Origin: Eledone cirrhosa
Lineage: Eukaryota
Reading direction: 5' to 3'
NCBI GenBank assembly: GCA_964016885.1
Contig: OZ024743.1
Span: 116,064,001-116,128,000, forward strand
DNA: 64,000 nucleotides
Under the pieces are notes generated by a model that saw only the letters and a program-made list of their open reading frames with translations, made no database searches and was not told the origin of the DNA. The position numbers and the translations under genes were made by a program. Of the stretch, positions 24,484 through 37,113 are shown piece after piece. How positions within the stretch are numbered: position 1 is the stretch's first letter; each line of letters begins with the position of its first letter.

Positions 24484-26525
24484 GATGTTACCAACTATAG
24501 ACCTATCACATGTCTGCCCGTAATGTGGAAACTGTTGACGAGCATTGTGTCTGAGGAAATCTACCATCACCTCCACACAAACAACTTGTTGCCGGACGAA
24601 CAGAAAGGATGCCGAAAGAAGTCACGTGGTACAAAGGACCAGTTGCTTATTGATAAGATGGTAATGGGGAATTGCAGGAGGAGACACACTGATCTTGCCA
24701 TGGGATGGATAGACTACAGAAAGGCATTTGACATGGTGCCTCATTCCTGGATCACCAAAAGCCTGGAGATCTTCAGGGTGGCAGATAACATCAGACAGTT
24801 GCTGGGCAGGAGTATGGGGTCCTGGGAGACAGAGTTGACATCAACTGGAGTATCCTTGGGAAGCGTGAAGATCAAGAGAGGTATCTTCCAGGGAGATAGC
24901 CTGTCCCCTCTGTTGTTTGTCCTTGCCCTGATGCCCTTGACCATTATGCTGCGAAAAGTGAGAGCAGGATACAAGTTGGGAAGGGGAGAGCTTACCATCC
25001 ATAACCTCCTCTTCATGGACGATCTTAAGCTCTTCGGGAAAAGTGAGAAGGAGTTGGATGTGCTTGTTGAAACTGTCCGTATTTTCAGCAGTGATATATG
25101 TATGCAGTTTGGTATTGGTAAATGTGGAGTCATTGTGATGAGGAGGGGTAGGTTGAGCAGAAGTAACGGGATCCAGATACCAACAGGTGAGATGATAAAG
25201 GAAATTGACTCTGAGGAAGGATACAAGTATTTGGGCGTTCTGGAGGCTGATGGCATAAAGAACAAAAAAATGAAGGAATTGTTAAGAACTGAATACATTC
25301 GGAGAGTAAGGAGCGTATTGAAGTCACATCTGAACAGCAGAAATGCCATAAGCGCAGTAAATTCCCGAGCTGTGTCTATTATTAGGTACAGTGCGGGAAT
25401 TCTGAGATGGAATGTTGCTGAACAAAAAGAAATGGATAGGAAGACTAGGAAGCTATTGACTATCTACAACATGTTCCACAAGAGGAGTGATGTCGATAGA
25501 CTCTACCTAAGGAGATCTGAGGGTGGAAGAGGTCTTATCAGCATAGAGGACTGTGTTCAGATGGAGAAAAACAACCTATACAAATACGTGACCTATAGTA
25601 AGGAGCCAATGCTCAGAGCTGTACTGAAGGAGGGGACAGTAGGCCAGGGGATACCCAAGGAGGAAATAACATCAAGGAGGAAGAGCAGCCTTAAGGGAAA
25701 ATCCCTTCATAGTACCTTCTTTGAGAAAACTGAATTTAGAGATCCACAGACATGGAACTGGTTGAGAAGAGGAGACCTCAAAAAGGCTACAGAAGGAATG
25801 CTAATGGCTGCGCAGGAGCAGGCCCTCAAAACGAAGTGGTTGAAGCACCATATCTACAAGGAGGAGGCTAGCCCACTGTGCAGGATCTGTGGAGAGAGAG
25901 AGGAGACTGTGGCTCACATTGTGTCCGAGTGTAAACACCTAGCCCAGACCCACTATAAGGGCTGGAGACACGATGTGATGGGCAGGGTGATCCACTGGCA
26001 CCTGTGCAAAGTAAACAATCTACCACATTCTGAGAAATGGTATGAGCATAGGTCAGAGGCGGTGATAGAGAACAGTCAGGTGAAGGTGCTGTGGGATTTT
26101 AGGATACAGACGGACAAAAAACTGGAACACAATAGACCTGGCCTGGTGGTTGTGGACAAAGAAAAAAGATCGTGCCTGATTGTGGATGTGGCCTGCCCGT
26201 TCGACACGAGAGTGCAAGAGAAGGAGAGGGAGAAAATTAACCGATACCAGGACCTAAAGTGGGAGGTGAAAAGGATTTGGGACTGCCATGAAGTCAAAGT
26301 GATCCCGATTGTCATAGGCGCACTGGGGACTATCTCCAAAGGTTTCCAGGGATGGTTAAAGAAAATCGGCCCCTTCACGCTTTTTGGAACGCTTCAAAAG
26401 GCATGCTTGCTTGGAACGGCAAGAACCCTCCGATACGTCCTGAATATCTGAGGCTGCAGGTAGTGGCTTGATATTCAATCCAACGGACTTTCCAGTTAAC
26501 CAACATCAATGACTGAGATTCAAGG
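24484..26525 (+). mobile_element. R4/Dong-type RLE non-LTR retrotransposon, family D1, 5'-truncated
   Basis: Open RT ([19 protein letters not shown]), CRIC..HIVSEC knuckle, RHD and RLE domain; this copy has RPG instead of RPD; stop at 26451. Confidence 0.92.
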
Positions 26526-26537
26526 AATAACAATAAC

Positions 26538-26572
<35 letters not shown>

Positions 26573-26577
26573 TAATA

Positions 26578-28988
26578 AAAGAGGCAACGACTTGATCCCT
26601 GGGGCGGAGCAAACTAAAACATTCTGGAGAGGAATATGGGAGCAGGATGTTAGACATAATGTCCAGGCAGGGTGGATTGAGACAGTACAGAGGGAGATCG
26701 GTGAGCAGGCACAGCAACAAACTGATTTGAGTATCACAGTTGAAACTCTTAAGGGGCAGGCCAAAAAACTAACCAACTGGAAATCACCAGGCCCAGATGG
26801 TGTGCAGGGGTATTGGATTAAACATTTAACATCCCTCCACACGAAGCTGACGGCCATGTTCAATGACTCCTTGGTGTCGGGTGAGGTGCCAGAGTGGTTG
26901 ACAAAAGGTACCACAGTTCTGATAATGAAAGACCGAATCAAGGGTAATGATGTTACCAACTATAGACCTATCACATGTCTGTCCGTAATGTGGAAACTGT
27001 TGACGAGCATTGTGTCTGAGGAAATCTACCATCACCTCCACACAAACAACTTGTTACCGGACGAACAGAAAGGATGCCGAAAGAAGTCACGTGGTACAAA
27101 GGACCAGTTACTTATTGATAAGATGGTAATGAGGAATTGCAGGAGGAGACACACTGATCTTGCCATGGGATGGATAGACTACAGAAAGGCATTTGACATG
27201 GTGCCTCATTCTTGGATCACCAAAAGCCTGGAGATCTTCAGAGTGGCAGACAACATCAGACAGTTGCTGGGCAGGAGTATGGGGTCCTGGGAGACAGAGT
27301 TGACATCAACTGGAGTATCCTTGGGAAGCGTGAAGATCAAGAGAGGTATCTTCCAGGGAGATAGCCTGTCCCCTCTGTTGTTTGTCCTTGCCCTGATGCC
27401 CTTGACCATTATGCTGCGAAAAGTGAGAGCAGGATACAAGTTGGGAAGGGGAGAGCTTACCATCAATAACCTCCTCTTCATGGACGATCTTAAGCTCTTC
27501 GGGAAAAGTGAGAAGGAGTTGGATGTGCTTGTTGACACTGTCCGTATTTTCAGCAATGATATATGTATGCAGTTTGGTATTGGTAAATGTGGAGTCATTG
27601 TGATGAGGAGGGGTATGTTGAGCAGAAGTAACGGGATCCAGATACCAACAGGTGAAATGATAAAGAAATTGACTCTGAGGAAGGATAGAAGTATTTGGGC
27701 GTTCTGGAGGCTGATGGCATAAAGAACAAAAAAATGAAGGAATTGTTAAGAACTGAATACATTCGGAGAGTAAGGAGCGTATTGAAGTCACATCTGAACA
27801 GCAGAAATGCCATAAGCGCAGTAAATTCCCGAGCTGTGTCTATTATTAGGTACAGTGCGGGAATTCTGAGATGGAATGTTGCTGAACAAAAAGAAATGGA
27901 TAGGAAGACTAGGAAGCTATTGACTATCTACAACATGTTCCACAAGAGGAGTGATGTCGATAGACTCTACCTAAGGAGATCTGAGGGTGGAAGAGGTCTT
28001 ATCAGCATAGAGGACTGTGTTCAGATGGAGAAAAACAACCTATACAAATATGTGACCTATAGTAAGGAGCCAATGCTCAGAACTGAACTGAAGGAGGGGA
28101 CAGTAGGCCAGGGGATGTCCAAGGAGGAAATAACATCAAGGAGGAAGAGCAGCCTTAAGGGAAAATCCCTTCATAGTACCTTCTTTGAGAAAACTGAATT
28201 TAGAGATCCACAGACATGGAACTGGTTGAGAAGAGGAGACCTCAAAAAGGCTACAGAAGGAATGCTAATGGCTGCGCAGGAGCAGGCCCTCAAAACGAAG
28301 TGGTTGAAGCACCATATTTACAAGGAGGAGGCTAGCCCACTGTGCAGGATCTGTGGAGAGAGAGAGGAGACTGTGGCTCACATTGTGTCCGAGTGTAAAC
28401 ACCTAGCCCAGACCCACTATAAGAGCTGGAGACACGATGTGATGGGCAGGGTGATCCACTGGCACCTGTGCAAAGTAAACAATTTACCACATTCTGAGAA
28501 ATGGTATGAGCATAGGCCAGAGGCGCTGATGGAGAACAATCAGGTGAAGGTGCTGTGGGATTTTAGGATACAGACGGACAAAAAACTGGAACACAATAGA
28601 CCTGACCTGGTGGTTGTGGACAAAGAAAAAAGATCGTGTCTGATTGTGGATGTGGCCTGCCCGTTCGACACGAGAGTGCAAGAGAAGGAGAGGGAGAAAA
28701 TTAACCGATACCAGGACCTAAAGTGGGAGGTGAAAAGGATTTGGAACTGCCATGAAGTCAAAGTGATCCCGATTGTCATAGGCGCACTGGGGACTATCTC
28801 CAAAAGTTTCCAGGGATGGTTAAAGAAAATCGGCCCCTTCACGCTTTTTGGAACGCTTCTAAAGGCATGCTTGCTTGGAACAGCAAGAACCCTCCGATAC
28901 GTCCTGAATATCTGAGGCTGCAGGTAGTGACTTGATATTCAATCCAACGGACTTTCCAGTTAACCAACATCAATGACTGAGATTCAAG

Positions 28989-28989
<1 letters not shown>
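26578..28989 (+). mobile_element. R4/Dong-type family D1, 5'-truncated, one frameshift near 27662
   Basis: ORFs 26592-27722 and 27695-28915: KSPGPDG, RT motifs, [21 protein letters not shown]. Confidence 0.92.
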
Positions 28990-29061
<72 letters not shown>

Positions 29062-32000
29062 TCTCAAAAACATTATCATCACAAACAAACTAAACATTAC
29101 TGACTTAAATCATCTCTATTATGCATCGGCTAAAGTCACCACTCACTTATGTGGAGTGAAGATGAAAAAACAAAGGAATTCCCACAAGAAATCTACTTGG
29201 CAAGATAACATCAATCGCCGAATAAACCTTCTCCGATCTGACATAGAAATTTTAACAAACTATAAAGTAGGTGAACATGTTAAACAAACTAAACTTAGAA
29301 AATTGAAAAAAAAGTATAGTATAAGATCAACATGTGACATAGACATGCTGATAGAAACAATCAAGCAAAAAGTGTCGGCCAAAGCTGCTCGTATAAGGCG
29401 CTTTGAAAAACGATCTAGATTCTATGAGGACAATAATATGTTCAAAAATAACCAAAGAAACTTCTACAGAAAAATTGGTAAGTCAACAATAACTGCTAAA
29501 TCAATACCACCCAAGGAGGAAGTGCAAGAATTCTGGGAAAAGATCTGGGCCGAAGAAAAAGTTCATAACATACATGCCCCATGGATAGACAGACAAATGA
29601 AAGAAACAGCTCACCTTGAAGAACAAACATGGGAAAATATAACAGTTGAACAGCTGCACTTGGCTCTAAGAAAAACCAGCTAATGGAAATCCCCAGGAAA
29701 AGACAAAATACAAAACTTTTGGATAAATGCCTTCACAGAGTCTCATGAGCTGTTAGCCCAACTTTACAATGAAATAGTTAAGGAGCCAGAAAAGATACCA
29801 TCATGGCTAGTTAACGGCATTACATTCCTGCTACCGAAGAATGATGAGACAAACAATCCCAAAAATTACAGACCGATAACCTGCTTGACCACAATGTATA
29901 AAATTTTAACATCAGTCCTAACTGAATACACATATGACCACCTGATAACAAATGACCTATTTCCCATTGAGCAGAAAGGGTGTAAACGAGGCTCATATGG
30001 CTGTAAGGATCAGCTTCTGGTTAACAAAATGATACTGGAAGATTGTCATAATAGACACAAAAATCTATCGATTGCTTGGATAGATTATAAAAAAGCATTT
30101 GATAGTTTGCCACACAGTTGGATTGAAAAATGTTTAGAGATTTTCAAAATATCCGCCGTTATCAGGAGGTTTTTGTCATTCAGTATGAGGACATGGAGAA
30201 CGACACTCCTTTTGAATAGTGAAACAAAATCACTGGAAGCTGGAGAAGTTAACATTAATTGTGGAATTTTTCAGGGTGACTCTTTATCACCGCTTTTATT
30301 CTGCATCGCACTTATACCATTAAGTAAAATGCTCAATGAAACAAAACATGGATATAGAGTCTATGACAAAACCATTAATCACCTGTTCTACATGGATGAC
30401 CTGAAACTATTTGCAAAAAATGATGAACAATTGCAAGGGCTATTATCCACTGTGAAGCAGTTCAGTGATGACATTAAAATGGTGTTTGGACTGGATAAAT
30501 GCGCCAAAGCAACGTTCACCAGAGGAAAGCTGCTGAAGTGTTCAGACATTAATCTTGATCGGGGGAACGTGATAAGAGAGCTTGATCAAGAACAAACTTA
30601 CAAATATCTAGGTGTTTGTGAAGGAGACGGAATCAAGCACTCGACAATGAGGGAAATGATAAGGAAGGAATGTTACCGCAGAGTCAGAGCAATCTTAAGA
30701 ACGGAATTGAATGCAAGGAATAGGATCGATGCCATAAACACGCTTGCCATACCAGTAGTAACCTACAGTTACAATGTCATCAACTGGTCAAGCACAGAGA
30801 TCCGTAGGCTCGATACAAACATCCGAAAATTCTTAACCATGCACAGAATGCATCACCCTAAGGCAGACATAGATAGAATATATCTCCCTAGGAAAGAAGG
30901 AGGACGTGGGTTAATCCAGTTAGACATTGCGTTGAAAACTGCAACAATTGGATTATCCACATATCTAAGGGAATCACATGATTGGATGATCAAACTCGTT
31001 TTGAAACACGAAAGCACCAAAAGATCATATTCCATTACAAAAGATGCACAAAGATACAGTAATGGACTACAAATTTCAGAAGTCCCATTTACTGCTGAAA
31101 TGGAAAACACAGAAAAAGCAAAGCAGGTAAAAGTAACTGCAAAGAAAGAACTGCTACAGAAACTGGCTAAGAAATGGCAAGAAAAGCCTCTGTATGGAAA
31201 ATACCCAGAGCGAGCTAACAATCCTGATGTTGACAAAGCTTTAACCCATCAGTGGTTGGCATCCTCTGGACTGAAATAGGAGACTGAAGGACTGATTATA
31301 TCCGCACAAGATCAGTGTCTGCCAACAAAAAATTACCAAGCCAACATAATAAAAAATGGGTGCAGCCCATTATGCCGTGTATGCAAAAAACAACCAGAGA
31401 CCATTGACCATATAATTTCAATGTGCAGTCCTATAGCTCCAACCGAATACCTAAACAGGCATGACAGAGCTGCACAATACATACATTGGATAATGTGTAA
31501 GCATTTTGACCTGCCCCATCAAAAGAATTGGTGGGAGCATCAACCACCTCCCATACTTGAAAAAGATCACATCTCAATCTTGTGGAACTTTAGCATCCAA
31601 ACAGACCGAAAAATAGATGCAAATAGACCTGATATAATATTGAAGGACTTTCAAATGAGGGTATGCCTGCTAATTGATATGTCTGTTCCAATAGACAAGA
31701 ATGTATCTATAAAAACATTTGAAAAATTGAGCAAGTATAAGGACCTGGAGATAGAAATTGTAAAAATGTGGAAATTGAGAACTAAAACAATACCAGTGGT
31801 TGTAGGCGCTCTGGGAATGATACCTAAGGGGTCTAAGGACTACTTATCGCAAATCCCAGGAAACCCGCGTATAGGAGAAATACAAAAGATAGTACTAATG
31901 GGAACTGCCCATATACTAAGGAAGATCCTTTCAATATAAGTACATCACAAGTCTAAACACTAAGGATGCATGTGTGAATATGTGTGTTCTTTCTTGAACA

Positions 32001-32079
32001 TGGCGGACCTTGTTGTCTCTTGAGGTCACTGGTTGTGACTTGGTGATAACTCGTATAAACATAAAGCAAGATAAATGCA
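29062..32079 (+). mobile_element. R4/Dong-type family D2, 5'-truncated, two in-frame stops
   Basis: RT (QGDSLSP, YMDD) and RLE (RHD, RPDII, DMSVP, EKLSKY); stops at ~29681 and ~31277; distinct 3'UTR. Confidence 0.92.
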
Positions 32080-32108
32080 AATAATAATAATAATAATAAT
32101 AATAATAA

Positions 32109-32563
32109 ACGATCAGGTGAAGGTGCTCTGGGATTTTAGGATACAGACGGACAAGAAACTGGAACACAATAGACCTGACCTTGTGGTTTTGGTCAAGGAA
32201 AAAAATCGTGCCTGATTGTGGATGTGGCCTGCCCATTCGAAACGAGAGTGCAGAGAAGAAAGAGAGGGAGAAAATTAACCGATACCAGGACTTAAAGTGG
32301 GAGGTAAAAAGGATTTGGAACTGCCATGAAGTCTAAGTGGTCCCGATTGTCATAGGCGCACTAAGTACTGTCTCAAAAAGTTTCCAGGGATGGTTAAAGA
32401 AAATTGGCCTCTTCACGCTTTTTGGAATGCTTCAAAAGGCATGCTTGCTGGGAACAGCAAGAACCCTCCGATACCTCTTGAATATCTGGGGCTGCAGGTA
32501 GTGGCTTGATATTCATTTCAACAAACTTTCCAGTTAACTAACATCAATTACTGAGACTCAAAG
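32109..32563 (+). mobile_element. Family D1 3' fragment
   Basis: Matches the D1 RLE-coding end and 3'UTR; (AAT)n on both sides. Confidence 0.9.
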
Positions 32564-32597
32564 AACAATAATAATAATAATAATAATAATAATAATT

Positions 32598-33606
32598 TCA
32601 GAAGTCTCATTTACTGCTGAAATGGAAAACACAGAAAAAGCAAAGCAGGTAAAAGTAACTGCAAAGAAAGAACTGCTACAGAAACTGGCTAAGAAATGGC
32701 AAGAAAAGCCTCTGTATGGAAAATACCCAGAGCGAGCTAACAATCCTGATGTTGACAAAATTTTAACCCATCAGTGGTTGGCATCCTCTAGACTGAAATC
32801 GGAGACTGAAGGACTGATTATATCGGCACAAGATCAGTGTCTGCCAACAAAAAATTACCAAGCCAACATAATAAAAAATGGGTGCAGCCCATTATGCCGT
32901 GTATGCAAAAAACAACCAGAGACCATTGACCATATAATTTCAATGTGCAGTCCTATAGCTCCAACCGAATACTTAAACAGGCATGACAGAGCTGCACAAT
33001 ACATACATTGGATAATGTGTAAGCATTTTGACCTGCCCCATCAAAAGAATTGGTGGGAGCATCAACCACCTCCCATACTTGAAAAAGATCACATCTCAAT
33101 GTTGTGGAACTTTACCATCCAAACAGACCGAAAAATAGATGCAAACAGACCTGATATAATATTGAAAGACTTTCAAAAGAGGGTATGCCTGCTAATTGAT
33201 ATGTCTGTTCCAATAGACAAGAATGTATCTATAAAAACATTTGAAAAATTGAGCAAGTATAAGGACCTGGAGATAGAAATTGTAAAAATGTGGAAATTGA
33301 GAACTAAAACAATACCAGTGGTTGTAGGCGCTCTGGGAATGATACCTAAGGGGTCTAATGATTACATATCCCAAATCCCAGGAAACCCGCGTATAGGAGA
33401 AATACAAAAGATAGTATTAATCGGAACTGCCCATATACTAAGGAAGATTCTGTCAATATAAGTACATCACAAGTCTAAACACTGAAGATGCATGTGTGAA
33501 TATGTATGTTCTTTCTTGAACATGGCGGACCTTGTTGTCTCTTGAGGTCACTGGTTGTGACTTGGTGATAACTCGTATGAACATAAAGCAAGATAAATGC
33601 AACTGT
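32598..33606 (+). mobile_element. Family D2 3' fragment (zinc knuckle + RLE)
   Basis: ORF 32622-33461 nearly identical to the 3' part of 29062-32079. Confidence 0.9.
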
Positions 33607-33627
33607 AATAATAATAATAATAATAAT

Positions 33628-35127
33628 ATCGGGAAGAGTGAGAAGGAGTTGGATGTGCTTGTTGACACTGTCCGTATTTTCAGCAATGATATATGTATGC
33701 AATTTGGTATTAGTAAGTGTGGAGTCATTGTGATGAGGAGGGGTAAGTTGAGCAGAAGTAACGGAATCCAGATACCAACAGGTGAGATGATAAAAGAAAT
33801 CGACTCTGAAGAAGGAAACAAGTATTTGGGCGTTCTGGAGGTTGATGACATCAAGAACAAAAAAATGAAGGAATTGATAAGAACTGAATACCTTCGGAGA
33901 GTAAGGAGCGTATTAAAGTCACATATGAACAGTAGGAATGCCATAAGTGCAGTAAATTCCCGAGCTGTGTCTATTATTAGGTACAGTGCGGGAATTCTGA
34001 GATGGAATGTTGCTGAACAAAAAGAAATGGATAGGAAGACAGGGAGCTATTGACTATCTACGATATGTTCCACAAGAGGAGTGATGTCGATAGACTCTAC
34101 TTAAGGAGATCTGAGGGTGGAAGAGGTCTTATCAGCATAGAGGACTGATTTCAGATGGACAAAAACAACCTACATAAATACGTGACTGATAGTAAGGAGC
34201 CAATGCTCAGAGCTGTACTGAAGGAGGGGACAATAGGCCAGGGGATGTCCAAGGAGGAAATAACATCAAGGAGAAGGAGAAAGAGCAGCCTTCAGGAAAA
34301 ATCCCTTCATAATACCTTCTTTGAGAAAACTGAATTTAGAGATCCACAGACATGGAACTGGTTGAAAAGAGGAGACCTTAAAAAGGCTACAGAAGGAATG
34401 TTAATGGCTGCGCAGGTGCAGGCCCTCAAAACGAAGTGGTTGAAACACCACATTTTCAAGGAGGAGGCTAGGCCACTGTGCAGGATCTGTGGAGAGAGAG
34501 AGGAGCCTGTGGCTCACATTGCATCCGAGTGTAAACACCTAGCCCAGACTCACTATAAGGGCTGGAGACATGATGTGATGGGCAGGGTGATCCACTGGCA
34601 CCTATGCAAATTAAACAATTTACCACATTCTGAGAGGTGGTATGAGCATAAGTCAGAGGCGGTGATAGAAAAGGATCAGGTGAAGGTGGTGTGGGATTTT
34701 AGGATACAGACGGACAAGAAACTGGAACACAATAGACCTGACCTGGTGGTTTTGGACAAAGAAAAAAGATCGTGCCTGATTGTGGATGTGGCCTGCCCAT
34801 TCGACACGAGAGTGCAAGAGAAGGAGAGGGAGAAAATTAATCGATAGAAGGAGTTAAAGTGGGAGGTAAAAAGGATTTGGAACTGCCATGAAGTCAAAGT
34901 GATCCCGATTGTCATAGGCGCACTAGGGACTATCTCAAAAAGTTTCCTGGGATGGTTAAAGAAAATTGGTCGCTTCACGCTTTTTGGAACGCTTCAAAAG
35001 GCATGCTTGCTGGGAACAGCAAGAACCCTCCGATACATCCTGAATATATGAGGCTGCAGGTAGTGGCTTCATATTCATCTCAACAAACTTTCCAGTTAAC
35101 TAACATCAATGACTGAGACTCAAAGAG
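33628..35127 (+). mobile_element. Family D1 5'-truncated decayed copy
   Basis: Matches D1 from GKSEKELD to the 3'UTR, with stops and a frameshift. Confidence 0.9.
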
Positions 35128-35146
35128 TAATAACAATAATAATAAT

Positions 35147-36992
35147 GTTTTCTTTATTAACCACAAGGGTTCACATAAAGTAGACATTAAGGACAGTACA
35201 GGACAATACAGGACGGTACAAATGGGCATTTCTGCGTGTAAAAAAACAGAGGTTGAAATAAAATAACAAAGAAAAATTCCCCAATAGGGGGGAGACTTCC
35301 AAGGGACATTTGTGGAGAAAGCCCATTAAAAGACCACAGTGGCCCTGACCACCAGGGCAAGTGCCCTCTCCCAGTTTTCCACCTTTAATTTACAGACACA
35401 CACTCAGAGAAGGCCCATTCATTCGGGCCATACTTGCTTCTCTCACCCATCTTTCAACAAAATGCTGGGAAGAGAGCACTTCCCTCTCTACCCTGATTTT
35501 CCTTTTCAAATGAAATTTGAAAAAGTTAATCAGGGCATCACCGAAGAGGTAAGTGCTCGTCTTCAGCCCTTTCAAACGTGTCCACCATACTATCTCTTTC
35601 GCAATGGCCACCAGACAGATAAAAACTGCCTGCCCTTCCAGGCTAAAGGAAGGGGGCGGGGCAATCCTCACGATGGACTCAGCTGATAGCTGGATCCGTC
35701 CTACACGTGACAGCAGGTGTTCGACATAAACCCACAAGTCAGCAATGCTCGGACACTGGACGAGTGCGTGCAGGACGGTTTCGTCGCCCTGCGCGCATCT
35801 CGGACATGCCCGGCTGACGGCACCTCCATGCCTGTAGAGTTTATCCCGAACTGGCAAAGCTCCCCGGTAGCACTGCCAGGCCAGGGATTTCTGGAAGTTG
35901 TCCATAGGCCCCGGCCCGAAAGTCCTTCCTTAGAGATTGGCTAGTTGATTTTCGTCGACGCCTAGAGTTTCTCCAAGTACGTCGTCGCTCTTTCCCTCCA
36001 CTAATCCCCTATAGAACGCCAAGATGGAGTTTCCACCGATCACATTGCCCGATTGGTCGAGGGCTGTGAGCACCTGAAGACATTCCAGTCTCCAAGCGCT
36101 CCCTCTCGGTCTTCGCTTGACCCAGGACTGCAGCTCCGTCAAGGAGACGAGCTGGGGAAAAACGTGTCTTGCAAACGGCGACCACACCTGATCACCGTCG
36201 AGGAAGAGGTGGAGATGTCGTAGCCTCCACCTCTCGGGCCCATTGAACGGCTTTCGTCCCCTCGTGTCTGAGAGCACGCACACTAGCTCTCACAACGCAG
36301 CCTTCGTGCTTTGCATTGAAGAATTGGTCAAGGGCCAATTTCGCCGCAAGTACGTCGGTCGCAATGCCTTTGCTAAGCGCCTCATCTAATTTTCTAACTA
36401 ATTCTCCCTCTGCTCTATTTTTCTCTATTGCTAAAGTCTTACTAAATCTAATGGACTCGATTCTAATTGCTCTTTTCAGAGCAAACCACCACTTGTTGTT
36501 GACGATGGCCCCCGTCAACGCCCTCTTAACTAGTTCGCTAATCCGGTCTCTGTAGGCCTTGCGCGCTGGTAAGGACGCGTTTAGCTTCCAGTAGCCGGGT
36601 CCTCGTCTATGAAGCCTATCTAAGTCAAGCACACAGATCACGAATTTGTGGTCCGTGTAGCTGACTATCTTGAATTGTGGACAGCCTATGCTAGACCTAT
36701 CTATTTCCCTACAAAATACTCTATCTAGATATGATCTGGATGACCCTATGCGATTTGTCCAAGTCCACATTGGTACATTCGGGAAATCCATTCGGTACCT
36801 GTAAGACAGTTCAAAACGTCTGAGCAGGTTGGTGAGACTCTTGCACCCTCCTTCCCTATCCACTAATCCCACACAATCCCAGCGTGCATCTAAGATCCCG
36901 TTCCAGTCGCCCACTAACACTAAAGAGCGGGACGTTCCAAGAAAGGTCTCCAGACGCCGGAAGAAATCAGGCCGCCCTGCTCCTGTCGGGGC
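35147..36992 (-). mobile_element. Tx1-type copy, 5'-truncated, with ~1.5-kb internal deletion removing the RT domain
   Basis: 3'UTR and ORF2 C-terminus joined at ~36224-36227 (GCCT microhomology) to the APE/linker region. Confidence 0.88.
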
Positions 36993-37056
36993 AACATAAA
37001 GCAAGATAAATGCAACTATAATGATAATCAACATAAAGCAAGATAAATGCAACTAT
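36993..37056 (+). mobile_element. Two tandem ~25-30-nt 3' termini of family D2
   Basis: ACATAAAGCAAGATAAATGCAACT occurs twice, identical to the D2 3' end at ~33580-33604. Confidence 0.8.
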
Positions 37057-37113
37057 AATGATAATAATAATAATAATAATAATCATAATAATAATAATAA
37101 TTATTATTATTAT

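Noticed and set aside
24484-28989. Simple tandem segmental duplication of D1
   Set aside because: Copies have different 5' truncation points and private mutations, which favours independent insertions
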